Source: Spirochaetaceae bacterium (GTDB taxonomy: Bacteria; Spirochaetota; Spirochaetia; DSM-2461). From it: a stretch of 64,000 nt of DNA. Below are positions 32,356 to 41,642 of this stretch, one piece after another. A model generated the notes under the pieces. That model saw only the letters and a list, made by a program, of their open reading frames with translations. It had not been told where the DNA came from and did not search any database. The stretch covers positions 64,001 through 128,000 of the forward strand of contig JAOPTT010000010.1 in assembly GCA_051531975.1 (NCBI GenBank), written 5' to 3'. A program made the position numbers and the translations under genes. How positions within the stretch are numbered: the stretch's first letter is position 1; each line of letters opens with the position of its first letter.

Positions 32356-33789
32356 ATGTTTTTAGATAATATTATAAATCTTGGAATAGAAAAATCTGAT
32401 GAGGTTAATACCGTTAGATATAAAAGACAGATTAATGGACTTAATCTTTTTTATACAGCAATTGCGTTAAGTGTTGGACTTATTTCATTTATTTTATTAA
32501 ATAAATCCCGAGTTGGATTATTTCTAGGATATGTACAAATTTTAGCCACGCTTATGTATGCTGGTAATTTATATAATAATAGAATTAAATTCAAAAAATA
32601 TGTAAATCATCTGACTATTTTAGCTTTTGAATTGCATCTGTTTTTATGTGCACTATTAACTGGATTATTTGATAGTCCCGTTGCTATTGTTATTGTTTTA
32701 TTCCCGTTATTAGCTGCTTTAGTTGAAGTATCAATATTTCTCCATCTCTTTATTGGTCTATTCCAATTTATGTTATTAATTATGTTTCATTTTATTTTTC
32801 CTGAGTTGGAAAACAGTATTAATACATATCTGGGTATTACTGAAAGTTCTACTGTTATTCTTAGAATAATGGGATTAGGTTATTTTCCTATAATGTCAGC
32901 TGGAATAATTAATATTATATTTGCTGAAAATTTATCTGCAAGAAAAAAACAGAAAGTGATGATAAAAGAACTAAGTAGGATGCATCATAAATTAAAAATT
33001 TATGCTGACGCATTAAAAGATGAATCTATAAGGTTAAAAGCCGAAGTGAATATTGCCAAAGATATACAGGCGATGGTACTGCCAGATGATAATGATTTAT
33101 CAGATTTAAGTGATCAGGAAGTATCCTGTATAATGCGTCCCGCCGATGAAGTTGGTGGTGATTATTACGATGTTATTCAATCTGATGGAAAGCTTGTATT
33201 TGGTATAGGAGATGTGACAGGTCATGGACTAGCATCGGGAATTATTATGTTAATGGCTCAAACTGCTATTAAAACTATAGTAGAGACAAAGTCAGCTAAG
33301 TATGAAGAGTATCTACCAATTGTTAATAAGGTTCTTTTTGATAATATAAATAGAATAAATGCAAATAGAAATATGACTCTTGCTCTTTTTAATTACCTTG
33401 GAAATGGTAGATATATAGCAACAGGACAACATGAATATTTTATAATATATAGAGCTAAAACAAAACAGATAGAGATTAACGATACAATGGACGATGGTTT
33501 TTTTATAGGAATGATAGAATCTGTAACTGAATTTTCAAATTTAAACGATTTTGTATTATACAAAGATGATATTCTATTACTTTTTTCAGATGGTGTAACA
33601 GAAGCAGAGGATATGGATAGCAACCAATTTGGTTTAGAACGACTTGTACAATATCTTGAACAATATGCAGAACTTCCACCAAGTAAAATAAAACAGAAAA
33701 TCATGCAGAAAATATATAATTACATAGGAGACAGAGATATTCTAGATGATATTTCACTATTAATAATAAAACAAAAGGAGTGTTTATGA
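32356..33789 (+). CDS. Membrane-bound PP2C/SpoIIE serine phosphatase
   Basis: About 5-6 TM helices; EVGGDYYD, GDVTGHG, FSDGVTEA and DDISL motifs. Confidence 0.9.
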   Translation: MFLDNIINLGIEKSDEVNTVRYKRQINGLNLFYTAIALSVGLISFILLNKSRVGLFLGYVQILATLMYAGNLYNNRIKFKKYVNHLTILAFELHLFLCALLTGLFDSPVAIVIVLFPLLAALVEVSIFLHLFIGLFQFMLLIMFHFIFPELENSINTYLGITESSTVILRIMGLGYFPIMSAGIINIIFAENLSARKKQKVMIKELSRMHHKLKIYADALKDESIRLKAEVNIAKDIQAMVLPDDNDLSDLSDQEVSCIMRPADEVGGDYYDVIQSDGKLVFGIGDVTGHGLASGIIMLMAQTAIKTIVETKSAKYEEYLPIVNKVLFDNINRINANRNMTLALFNYLGNGRYIATGQHEYFIIYRAKTKQIEINDTMDDGFFIGMIESVTEFSNLNDFVLYKDDILLLFSDGVTEAEDMDSNQFGLERLVQYLEQYAELPPSKIKQKIMQKIYNYIGDRDILDDISLLIIKQKECL

Positions 33790-34346
33790 ACAAAGCGCTA
33801 ATTAAAAGAACTGTATTTTTTTCAAATGAAGACAATATATCCAATATGGTTCACATAACCCTTCTACCTAAAGATCTTGCATTGTACTGGCAGCGATGTG
33901 GATTAACTGCTGATTTTGGTGCATCCTTTGCATCATTTTGTTTTCCAAAAATATCTGAAGCTAAAAATTCATTATCTGTAATATTAAATGAACTTGTTGA
34001 AAATGCAGTAAAATACAGCTCAGAGAGTAGTAAAAGAATAAAAATAACACTTTGTGATAATGATGGTTTCCTATATTTTGAGGTTGAAAACTATATATCT
34101 GATGAACAAAAAAAGTTATTTATTGATTTCATTGAAAAATTAGAAAGTGCTGAAGATATAAATGACTTTTATACGGAAGCTATGGAAAAGGCTATGACTG
34201 GTGAGGGTTCCGGACTTGGACTATTGACTATTTTAAATGATTATAATGTCGGAATGTCATTTACTTTTAGCAAAAAGCAAGATTTTCCTTCATTCCATAT
34301 AGTAAAACTTCAGGTCAGAATTAATCCGGAGGGCATAATATGTTAA
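33786..34346 (+). CDS. Slr1658/SiaB-like (DUF6272-type) GHKL protein kinase
   Basis: WQRCGLTADF; NELVENAVKYS; GSGLGLLT. Confidence 0.75.
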   Translation: MNKALIKRTVFFSNEDNISNMVHITLLPKDLALYWQRCGLTADFGASFASFCFPKISEAKNSLSVILNELVENAVKYSSESSKRIKITLCDNDGFLYFEVENYISDEQKKLFIDFIEKLESAEDINDFYTEAMEKAMTGEGSGLGLLTILNDYNVGMSFTFSKKQDFPSFHIVKLQVRINPEGIIC

Positions 34347-34687
34347 AAATTGAAGGTGATATCTATTTAGTATGGTATAAAGATAACGACCATATTATAC
34401 ATTTTGAGGGTTCATTAAGGTTATGGGACCCTGGAGAATATGGCAGAATAAAACAGTATATGCTTGATATATATGAACTTGATACTAAAACCCTTTCTAT
34501 AGATTTAACAAAATTAGAGTTTTTAAACAGTTCAGGAATAAGTATGTTGTGCAAATTTGTATTTGATATTAAAAAAGGTAACCAGCTTCCAATAATTATA
34601 ATTGGTAAAAAAGATATATTATGGCAAAGAAAATCTCTGCATAATCTAAAAAAATTATGGGATAAAATTGAGTTAAAGTTAATATAA
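34340..34687 (+). CDS. Slr1659-like STAS anti-anti-sigma-type protein
   Basis: FEGSLRL; LEFLNSSGI phospho-Ser motif; WQRKSLHNL. Confidence 0.75.
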   Translation: MLKIEGDIYLVWYKDNDHIIHFEGSLRLWDPGEYGRIKQYMLDIYELDTKTLSIDLTKLEFLNSSGISMLCKFVFDIKKGNQLPIIIIGKKDILWQRKSLHNLKKLWDKIELKLI

Positions 34688-34733
34688 TAAAACTTTAATA
34701 CAATATTATCACCATCAGTATTTTATAAAAATT

Positions 34734-36497
34734 TTATGGTAAAGCTGTAAAAAAGTCTGCAGAAACTATATCTCTGTTAATATTTTTAATTAATATATTT
34801 ACAGTTTTACCACTATCAGAAAATATCAATTGCCTATCTGTACCAGAAGGAGTTGTCTGATTAGTAATAATATTGTCTCGTATAGTATCAGATATAATTA
34901 TTCCAGAAATTGTTAGCTTTAATATATCAGTCTCAGCAAGTCTATTAAAATCCCATATAATATCGGTGCTTGAAGATCCAGCATCATCAATTTCAAATAC
35001 AAAAGTATCATCACCATCTAGTCCAAATAGGTCGTCATCTCCACCTTGTCCATCAATTATATCATTTCCTGAACCAACACCATCTAAAGTACCAATCTGG
35101 GAACTAAAAATATTTGATAAGACACCATTAACATAGTCATATAACAGTCCTGAGGAATCTTCCCAAAGTAAAAAATCTGTAGTTCCATCTGTACCATCAC
35201 CACCTTGTCCGTAGCCTCCACTAGCCATATTGTATAATGGTGTACTTATATTTATAGGTTGATTTGAACTATTTAGACCGCCAAAACCGGCACCTCCACC
35301 AGCTCCAAAAGCATTATTTCCAGTTCCACCTAGAGATTGTTCAGTAAAATAACCTGATCCATTATTATATGGAATAGCACTATGCCCACCCCACATTTTA
35401 TCATTTGAAGCAGTTCCACCAATAGGTTTACTTGTAACACCACCATCAAAACCACCAAATAAAGAAGTTCCAGCAGTAGTACTCGATTGAGCACCTCCTC
35501 CACCAGCAAGAAGCCCCCCAATACCACCATTACCTTGTGGGGATGCATTAGAACCGCCGCCACCGCCACCGCCTCCGAAGCCTCCATTAGCTCCATTATA
35601 ATCACCTACACCAAGACCAGAAGTACCATTAAATCCATCACCAAATATTATATCGTTTCCGCTACCACCAAAAATGATATCAGAACCAGAACCTGCTGTT
35701 CCACCAGGAGAGACACGATATTGCTCACCGCCTCCACCTCCACCACTTCCATCTCCGAATATTACATCGTTTCCAGAACTAGCAGTAATAACATCGTCAC
35801 TTCCACCACCATTACCACCAGCGGCATCGCTGCTGTAGTCTGTACTATAATCTCCAGAACCACCACTTCCACTTCCATCACCAGCATAATATCCTATTGC
35901 TGTTCCCCAAATTGAATATAAAATGATGTTATTAGCCGGCATTAAAAATGGTGGTGTTATAACACTCCCATCAGAAGTCAGGGACCAACCACTAAAAAAG
36001 TGACCAGTAAAAGCTATACCTGATCCATCATTTAAAGTTATTTCGGCACCTTCTAAATATGCTGTACTATCAACTGGTAAACTTCCAGTTCCACCATTTA
36101 GATCATATGTAATGCTATATGTATCTATTTCTATAGCTATAGCTGAAACATTAATAATGACATTATTACTTCCAGTACTTATATCAACTGTAGTTTCACC
36201 AGTGTATAACAATACGGATCTATCTAAATTATATAAATTCAATACAAATTTTCGATCAGTTCCTAATAAAACATCTACAGAAATGAACTCAACCTGAGTA
36301 GTTATTGTAATATCATCAAAATCTGATGCAGAAACTATTAATTCATATAAATAAGCATCGTCGGTTATAGCTCTAGATGATGGTAACGTTAAGTTTATAG
36401 TAGAAAATTTAGAATTATTATCAGATGAAAAAAGTTCACAACCTGCTATTAATAATATAAATATTAAAGATACAAAAAAAATCTTTTTCATAATCAC
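34734..36497 (-). CDS. Surface lipoprotein with InlB-B/Flg_new repeat and Gly-rich RTX-like Ca-binding repeats
   Basis: LIAGC lipobox; YSITYDLNGG...FSGWS; SGNDVIFGDG, GGSGNDIIFGDG, GSGNDIIDGQGGDDDLFGLDGDDTFVF. Confidence 0.7.
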   Translation of the reverse strand: MIMKKIFFVSLIFILLIAGCELFSSDNNSKFSTINLTLPSSRAITDDAYLYELIVSASDFDDITITTQVEFISVDVLLGTDRKFVLNLYNLDRSVLLYTGETTVDISTGSNNVIINVSAIAIEIDTYSITYDLNGGTGSLPVDSTAYLEGAEITLNDGSGIAFTGHFFSGWSLTSDGSVITPPFLMPANNIILYSIWGTAIGYYAGDGSGSGGSGDYSTDYSSDAAGGNGGGSDDVITASSGNDVIFGDGSGGGGGGEQYRVSPGGTAGSGSDIIFGGSGNDIIFGDGFNGTSGLGVGDYNGANGGFGGGGGGGGSNASPQGNGGIGGLLAGGGGAQSSTTAGTSLFGGFDGGVTSKPIGGTASNDKMWGGHSAIPYNNGSGYFTEQSLGGTGNNAFGAGGGAGFGGLNSSNQPINISTPLYNMASGGYGQGGDGTDGTTDFLLWEDSSGLLYDYVNGVLSNIFSSQIGTLDGVGSGNDIIDGQGGDDDLFGLDGDDTFVFEIDDAGSSSTDIIWDFNRLAETDILKLTISGIIISDTIRDNIITNQTTPSGTDRQLIFSDSGKTVNILIKNINRDIVSADFFTALP

Positions 36498-36720
36498 CTC
36501 TTATTGGAATACTAAATTTATTAGTTTATATCAAATAATTATAGATCTTTATAATAGATTGTCTAGTGTTAAGAATGATAATAAGCACTAATACCCCACT
36601 CATAGAGTCTGAATATTAATGTTTAGACAATATTATTAATAAATACATCCTAATATACAGAAATTGATATACTATAATGAATCTTACACATATAATAACA
36701 TGTAATTATTAGGAGATATC

Positions 36721-37422
36721 ATGGATTTCTTTAAGTGTGAACAAGAGATACTTAACAATGCAGAAGAATTCTTAACCCTTGAGAATAAACCGTCTGACGC
36801 ATATACAGATGAGTACCTAAAGTTATATCGTGGTTTTAAGAAGCTATTAAAAGAGTCAAAAAAACTTATCTCATTATCAGATATTACCCATAAACAGTTA
36901 AAAGATAGTGAGGAAAAGTTAACAGAATTATCTATAAGAGATCCATTAACAGGTTTACTAAATAGACGTGGAGTTTATCAGTGGCTTGATGATGAATTGG
37001 TTAGACTTAAACGAAACAATACAACTTTGGCTATTTTTATTATGGATATAGACTTTTTTAAAGATGTAAATGATACATATGGCCATACTGCCGGGGATTA
37101 TGCATTACAGCAACTAGCTAACCTATATCATGACTCTGTAAGAGAACAAGATTGTATTGGTCGTTGGGGTGGAGAAGAGTTTATATTAGTACTTCCTAAT
37201 ACCGATGCCACTGGAGCTTTTAATCTTGGTGAGAAACTTAGAAAAAGAGTGGAAGATTTTATAATCATATATGATAATAAACGTATAGAATTAAAGATAT
37301 CATTAGGTGGTTGTAGTTTAGATGAAAATACAACTCTAGATGACTGTCTAAAGTGTGCTGATAATGCACTTTATAAAAGTAAAGCGGAGGGAAGAAATAA
37401 GGTGACTATGCATGAATCTTGA
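36721..37422 (+). CDS. siaD: SiaD-like diguanylate cyclase
   Basis: Helical N-terminus (LLKESKKLISLSD); RDPLTGL, REQD and RWGGEEF; adjacent to siaB/C/A-like genes. Confidence 0.8.
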   Translation: MDFFKCEQEILNNAEEFLTLENKPSDAYTDEYLKLYRGFKKLLKESKKLISLSDITHKQLKDSEEKLTELSIRDPLTGLLNRRGVYQWLDDELVRLKRNNTTLAIFIMDIDFFKDVNDTYGHTAGDYALQQLANLYHDSVREQDCIGRWGGEEFILVLPNTDATGAFNLGEKLRKRVEDFIIIYDNKRIELKISLGGCSLDENTTLDDCLKCADNALYKSKAEGRNKVTMHES

Positions 37423-37960
37423 AAGTTTATCCAATATCTATCAACTATTAAATGAAGATGGAATAATAATTAGTTATCAGGGTGTTTTTCATCAAGAAAT
37501 TATTGAAGAGATTACTTCTATAATTAATCTTAAGCTTTCTTCTGATCCCGGAACAAAAAATAAGCATAAATATCTTACAATGTTTGTTGAATTATCCCAG
37601 AATATTTTAAGATACTCATCAGATTCTCTATTGAACAGTGAAGGGAAACAGATTAGTACAGGTATTATACTAGTTGGAACTAAAGATGATAAAATATTTG
37701 TTATTAGTGGGAATCCTATTAGTCCAGAATATAGAGATGATATTGATGAAAAGTTAAAAACACTAACAACCTTATCTGTAGAAGATCTGAATATGGTATA
37801 TAAACAGCAACTAAAAACAAAAGACCGACATAACTTTAATAAAAGTGCAGGTTTAGGATTGGTAGATATTATAAGAAAAGCGGATAAATCCGAATATAAT
37901 ATACATGACCAATCCCCTGGAAAACCTTTTTTAACAATAAAAGTAGAGTATAAGCTTTAA
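37412..37960 (+). CDS. siaB: SiaB family protein kinase (DUF6272)
   Basis: ISYQG; FVELSQNILRYS; SGN; SAGLGLVDIIRK. Confidence 0.85.
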   Translation: MNLESLSNIYQLLNEDGIIISYQGVFHQEIIEEITSIINLKLSSDPGTKNKHKYLTMFVELSQNILRYSSDSLLNSEGKQISTGIILVGTKDDKIFVISGNPISPEYRDDIDEKLKTLTTLSVEDLNMVYKQQLKTKDRHNFNKSAGLGLVDIIRKADKSEYNIHDQSPGKPFLTIKVEYKL

Positions 37961-37969
37961 TCTATAAAT

Positions 37970-38341
37970 TTAATCTATAACTTTAATATTATAGGGGAAT
38001 TGGAAATCTTCCAGTAGATCTTCCCCTGTCTCTTTTGCTACTTCGTTATCAGCATTATATAACCAGTTTACAGATACTTTTTTACCTTTTTTAAAAGCCT
38101 CTTCTAATATATCAAAAAGATAAAACATAGCTTTAGTACTACTAGTATTAAGATACAATAACCGGACATTCAGTTCAAAAATTATACCTTCCTTCTCTAA
38201 ATATTCCTCTACCCAGGTTATTACTGGTTCATAAAAATTACTTGAGTTTTCTGGATATGATTGTCCATCAATAGTAAACAGTCTGTTTTCTTCGTCAAAA
38301 AGTATTCGTGGTGTCGATTTTCCTACTGCTATATCTATCAT
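37970..38341 (-). CDS. siaC: SiaC family regulatory phosphoprotein (DUF1987)
   Basis: STP; GQSYPEN; FYEP; YLNTSSTK; VNWLY. Confidence 0.9.
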   Translation of the reverse strand: MIDIAVGKSTPRILFDEENRLFTIDGQSYPENSSNFYEPVITWVEEYLEKEGIIFELNVRLLYLNTSSTKAMFYLFDILEEAFKKGKKVSVNWLYNADNEVAKETGEDLLEDFQFPYNIKVID

Positions 38342-40374
38342 TTGTCTTCCTTCAATTTAAACCCCATAAGAGTAATATCATCTCTCTGACTATAGCCATC
38401 TTGAAAGTCTGCTAAATCTTTTTGGAGGGTATCTAAGTAACTATTCATGTTTTTACCAGTAGCTTTTTTAAGAGCTGCTAAATATCTTTTCCACCCAAAA
38501 CTAAACTCCTTTTCTCCACCACTTTGGTCTATATAACCATCAGTAGTAAAGTGAAAAGACATTCCCCTCTGGATATCTATTTGTTGTGTTGTATATACAT
38601 AATCATACTTTGATCTTTTATAACCAACACCTTGTTTGTCACCTTTATATTCAACTATGTCCCCATTTAAAAGGGTAAATAGTCTAATTTTTGATCCTGA
38701 GAATTGTAGAGATTTTGTATCACTATTATAGATACAAAGCCCAATATCAAGACCATCATCTTTTATTTCATATATATTATCCTGGGACAGTACTTGTTTA
38801 AGTAGTCTATTAAGATTAGATAATATAACACCTGGATCATCACTATTTATATGCTGTACAATTCTCTCTAACTGAGATTTTGCAGACATTGTTAATAGCG
38901 CCCCTGGTACACCATGACCAGTACAATCTATAACAGCGGCAATAAAACCATTATCTTTTTTCATTATCCAGTAAAAATCACCACCTACAACATCTTTTGG
39001 TTTCCAGTCAAGATAATGATCAAAAAATATCTCATCTAGTTGTGCCTTAGATGGTAAGATAGAGTTCTGAATCAAAGCAGCATACTCTATACTCTGCATT
39101 ACTTCCCTGTTCTTAACTTTTAACTCTTTAGTACGATCTTCAACTTTATGTTCCAAAGTTTCATTTAGTTCAAGGTTCACACTATAAGATTTTTCTAAAG
39201 AGGTATGAGTCTGGGCAAAACGTTTACCTAATATTACAGTAAAAGTTATAACCAAGAGGAAAAAACCTTCACCAATAAACGGTGATTTAGCTAATATACC
39301 CATGAAACATAACATACTGTATACAAAAGAAACTGACAGTAAAAGAATACCCACAAGCATAGTTTTTGAGTAAAAAAACTTAAGTTTAATAGCTCTAATT
39401 GAGACAAAAACGAGGTAAAATACTACTAAGATGTAGCTAAAGTTGAAACCATTATATAAATATTTACCAAAATTAAAAATTTGACCTGTAAAGAGATATT
39501 CAACTAAAATGAAAGAAGTCATGAACAAATATAATCCAATAAATATTTTTGCTCCAAGTTTTAGTTTTAGGTTATAAAACGAATGGATGAATAAAATAGG
39601 GAACATATACATATTTACTCCACCAACAAATGTTATAACCCAATATCCCCATGCTTTATCAATTAAATAATAGGCTAGACCATAATATCCAATGGTAAAT
39701 AATGCTACAGATAAACTGAAACCTGAGATGTATAGGTTGTATCGTTCTTGTTTTCTATATAAATACATTATAAAGAAATATAGAGCAAGGAAAAGACTAA
39801 CAAATGAGATAGCTGAATTTTTAATAACATATATTATCCAGTTTTGCTGTAATTCTTTATAATTACCTATCTTAACAAAACCACTAAAACCACCAACAGA
39901 ACTAAAACTACCAGCTTTAATTAATAGTGAATTTTCTCCAGTGTTTATAAGGCTATTACTAAGTTTTAAAGCTATAGGTTTGTGACCAAATTTATTATAT
40001 CCATTATATATTAAATTGTTATTAAGGTATAACTCATATCCTCCATAACTTAATGGAATGTATACCCCAAGTTCTTCATTTATTACATCAGGACTAAGGA
40101 TAAAAGAAATTTGATACCATGCATCCCCATAATGAGTTGCTAATTCTGGAATTGAATACTTCCATGGACTTGCTGTGGATATAGAAAACCAGTCATCATA
40201 GTTTATATTATCCATTTCATTATATTCTTTATCTTCTATTGAGAAGTTCCACTCAGTATTTAAACTGTAGACTTTATTATAGTCATCAACTAGTAGTGGT
40301 TTTACACTTTCTGCATATGTAGACAATGAGCATAAAGTTATTAGTAATATTATAACATGATTTCTGATTTTCAT
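38338..40374 (-). CDS. siaA: SiaA-like sensor phosphatase: extracellular jelly-roll domain, 7TM-DISM-like region and SpoIIE/PP2C domain
   Basis: Signal peptide; about 7 TM helices; SIEYAALIQ, PKDVVGGDFYW, DCTGHGVPGA, TDGYIDQSGG and QRDDIT motifs. Confidence 0.82.
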   Translation of the reverse strand: MKIRNHVIILLITLCSLSTYAESVKPLLVDDYNKVYSLNTEWNFSIEDKEYNEMDNINYDDWFSISTASPWKYSIPELATHYGDAWYQISFILSPDVINEELGVYIPLSYGGYELYLNNNLIYNGYNKFGHKPIALKLSNSLINTGENSLLIKAGSFSSVGGFSGFVKIGNYKELQQNWIIYVIKNSAISFVSLFLALYFFIMYLYRKQERYNLYISGFSLSVALFTIGYYGLAYYLIDKAWGYWVITFVGGVNMYMFPILFIHSFYNLKLKLGAKIFIGLYLFMTSFILVEYLFTGQIFNFGKYLYNGFNFSYILVVFYLVFVSIRAIKLKFFYSKTMLVGILLLSVSFVYSMLCFMGILAKSPFIGEGFFLLVITFTVILGKRFAQTHTSLEKSYSVNLELNETLEHKVEDRTKELKVKNREVMQSIEYAALIQNSILPSKAQLDEIFFDHYLDWKPKDVVGGDFYWIMKKDNGFIAAVIDCTGHGVPGALLTMSAKSQLERIVQHINSDDPGVILSNLNRLLKQVLSQDNIYEIKDDGLDIGLCIYNSDTKSLQFSGSKIRLFTLLNGDIVEYKGDKQGVGYKRSKYDYVYTTQQIDIQRGMSFHFTTDGYIDQSGGEKEFSFGWKRYLAALKKATGKNMNSYLDTLQKDLADFQDGYSQRDDITLMGFKLKEDK

Positions 40375-40390
40375 TGTAACTTCCTATTTT

Positions 40391-40597
40391 TTAGTAATAA
40401 AACCCTATTTTTGTAGTCTTCATATCTTCTTTGTTATCTACAAGTTTTTTACTATCATCTTCAGAGACATCATAACCTTTATCCTGAAACCAAGATGCAA
40501 CTGTTTTGTGGTCACTACTATCAACAACTTTGAGTAATTCTTCACCAATAGTGGTGTCTTTTGCAGCATCTGCAATAAAATCAATAAAATTTTTCAT
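40391..40597 (-). CDS. RiPP precursor A, Nif11-like leader, C-terminus KIGFYY
   Basis: 68 aa; FIxxAxKD...EL...W-F...GYDVSEDD pattern of Nif11-type leaders; paralog at 41235; flanked by maturases. Confidence 0.75.
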   Translation of the reverse strand: MKNFIDFIADAAKDTTIGEELLKVVDSSDHKTVASWFQDKGYDVSEDDSKKLVDNKEDMKTTKIGFYY

Positions 40598-40634
40598 TCA
40601 AATTCCTTCATTTTTGATTTAATACGGTTTTTTA

Positions 40635-40663
40635 ATTTTAAGAGATATTAGACTTACTGTCAA
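40635..40663 (-). promoter_or_regulatory. sigma70 promoter for precursor A-siaA-siaC
   Basis: TTGACA-17 nt-TAAAAT. Confidence 0.65.
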
Positions 40664-40682
40664 ACTTTTAATTGAATACTTA

Positions 40683-41207
40683 TTATTTGATATATATCCC
40701 ATACATTATGAAATCAACTGAAGAATTACCATAGGATATCCATGCAAAACCTTTTATCCCCCACAACCTACCCCATGAGTTTTTAATAAGCCATGCCTGC
40801 TTTTCATCATCATACCCAATTACTGTTACCGCATGACCACCAAATGATTTTCCAAATCTATGTCTGTATATACCTTTTCTATAAAATATTAGATCTAATC
40901 TGAAGTTCAGTATGGATAATAATGGACCTTTGCTATCAAGCCACTCTTTCATTTTTATCTGTTTATCCAGAGCTGTATAATCTGTTATTATTTTTTTATC
41001 CTTTAATAAAGTAAGAGTCTGATAGATATTATTTGCACTAGTAGGATATTTTTTAAGAAACTGTCTTTCCGATATTAGGCAGTATTTACCTGTTTTTTTA
41101 AATTTTAAAATCTCAAGGTTTGCTAAAACTGCATAGACTATACATACAGATCTGAAGCCTTGATTTTTTATTGGTAGATCTGGAAATTTATTATTAAGAA
41201 TAGGCAT
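40683..41207 (-). CDS. Minimal papain-like (C1A) cysteine peptidase without signal peptide
   Basis: NQGFRSVC (Cys at Q+6 as in papain), GGHAV and KNSWG motifs. Confidence 0.8.
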   Translation of the reverse strand: MPILNNKFPDLPIKNQGFRSVCIVYAVLANLEILKFKKTGKYCLISERQFLKKYPTSANNIYQTLTLLKDKKIITDYTALDKQIKMKEWLDSKGPLLSILNFRLDLIFYRKGIYRHRFGKSFGGHAVTVIGYDDEKQAWLIKNSWGRLWGIKGFAWISYGNSSVDFIMYGIYIK

Positions 41208-41234
41208 AGTAAACTCCCAGATTTATATTTTGGA

Positions 41235-41441
41235 TTAGTAATATAACCCTATTTTTTGTGATGCTATAGAGTCTTTATTCATCATGATCTTTTCACACTC
41301 ATCTTGGTTGATTGAATAACCCTGATTCTCAAACCATGTTGAAATCTCTGTGATGTTTGAACCCACAATCTTGTTGTTTAATTCTGTTGCCATACTCTCG
41401 TTTTTTGCTGCGTCTGCAACAAAATCAATAAAATTTTTCAT
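41235..41441 (-). CDS. RiPP precursor B, Nif11-like leader, C-terminus KIGLYY
   Basis: 68 aa; aligns without gaps to precursor A, 28/68 identical by manual count. Confidence 0.75.
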   Translation of the reverse strand: MKNFIDFVADAAKNESMATELNNKIVGSNITEISTWFENQGYSINQDECEKIMMNKDSIASQKIGLYY

Positions 41442-41470
41442 ATTTACTCCTTTGTTATTTTTCTTCTATG

Positions 41471-41499
41471 ATATTAGTGTTGTAACTCTTTACTGTCAA
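41471..41499 (-). promoter_or_regulatory. sigma70 promoter for precursor B and the peptidase
   Basis: TTGACA-17 nt-TAATAT; shares TTGACAGTAA with the promoter at 40663. Confidence 0.6.
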
Positions 41500-41516
41500 G
41501 GAATTTAAAATAGTTG

Positions 41517-41552
41517 ATAACCCTATAACCCTATAACCCTATAACCCTATAA
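41517..41552. repeat. Perfect 8-bp tandem repeat ATAA(CCCTATAA)x4
   Basis: Seen directly in the divergent intergenic region between precursor B and the radical SAM operon. Confidence 0.95.
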
Positions 41553-41606
41553 TTATACACATAAAAGTCTAAAATTAGTGTCTTAATAAAAAAAAATTCT
41601 TTTTCA

Positions 41607-41635
41607 TTGTCAAATATATTTTAATACTCTAACAT
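41607..41635 (+). promoter_or_regulatory. Putative promoter giving a leaderless radical SAM transcript
   Basis: TTGTCA-17 nt-TAACAT, 7 nt before ATG 41643; no SD. Confidence 0.5.
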
Positions 41636-41642
41636 TCTAACA

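Noticed and set aside
35480..35890. GC-rich low-complexity stretch as a mobile element or RNA gene
   Set aside because: Explained by Gly codons in the RTX-like lipoprotein
40683..41207. Peptidase pseudogene
   Set aside because: Short, but the ORF is intact with an SD (GGGAG) and all three catalytic residues retained
40391..41441. Lanthipeptide, sactipeptide or ranthipeptide assignment for the precursors
   Set aside because: No Cys in the conserved C-terminal region and no LanM/LanB/YcaO genes
41517..41552. Telomere-like (TAACCC) repeat or CRISPR array
   Set aside because: The unit is 8 bp with only about 4.5 copies, no spacers and no cas genes; it is a simple VNTR
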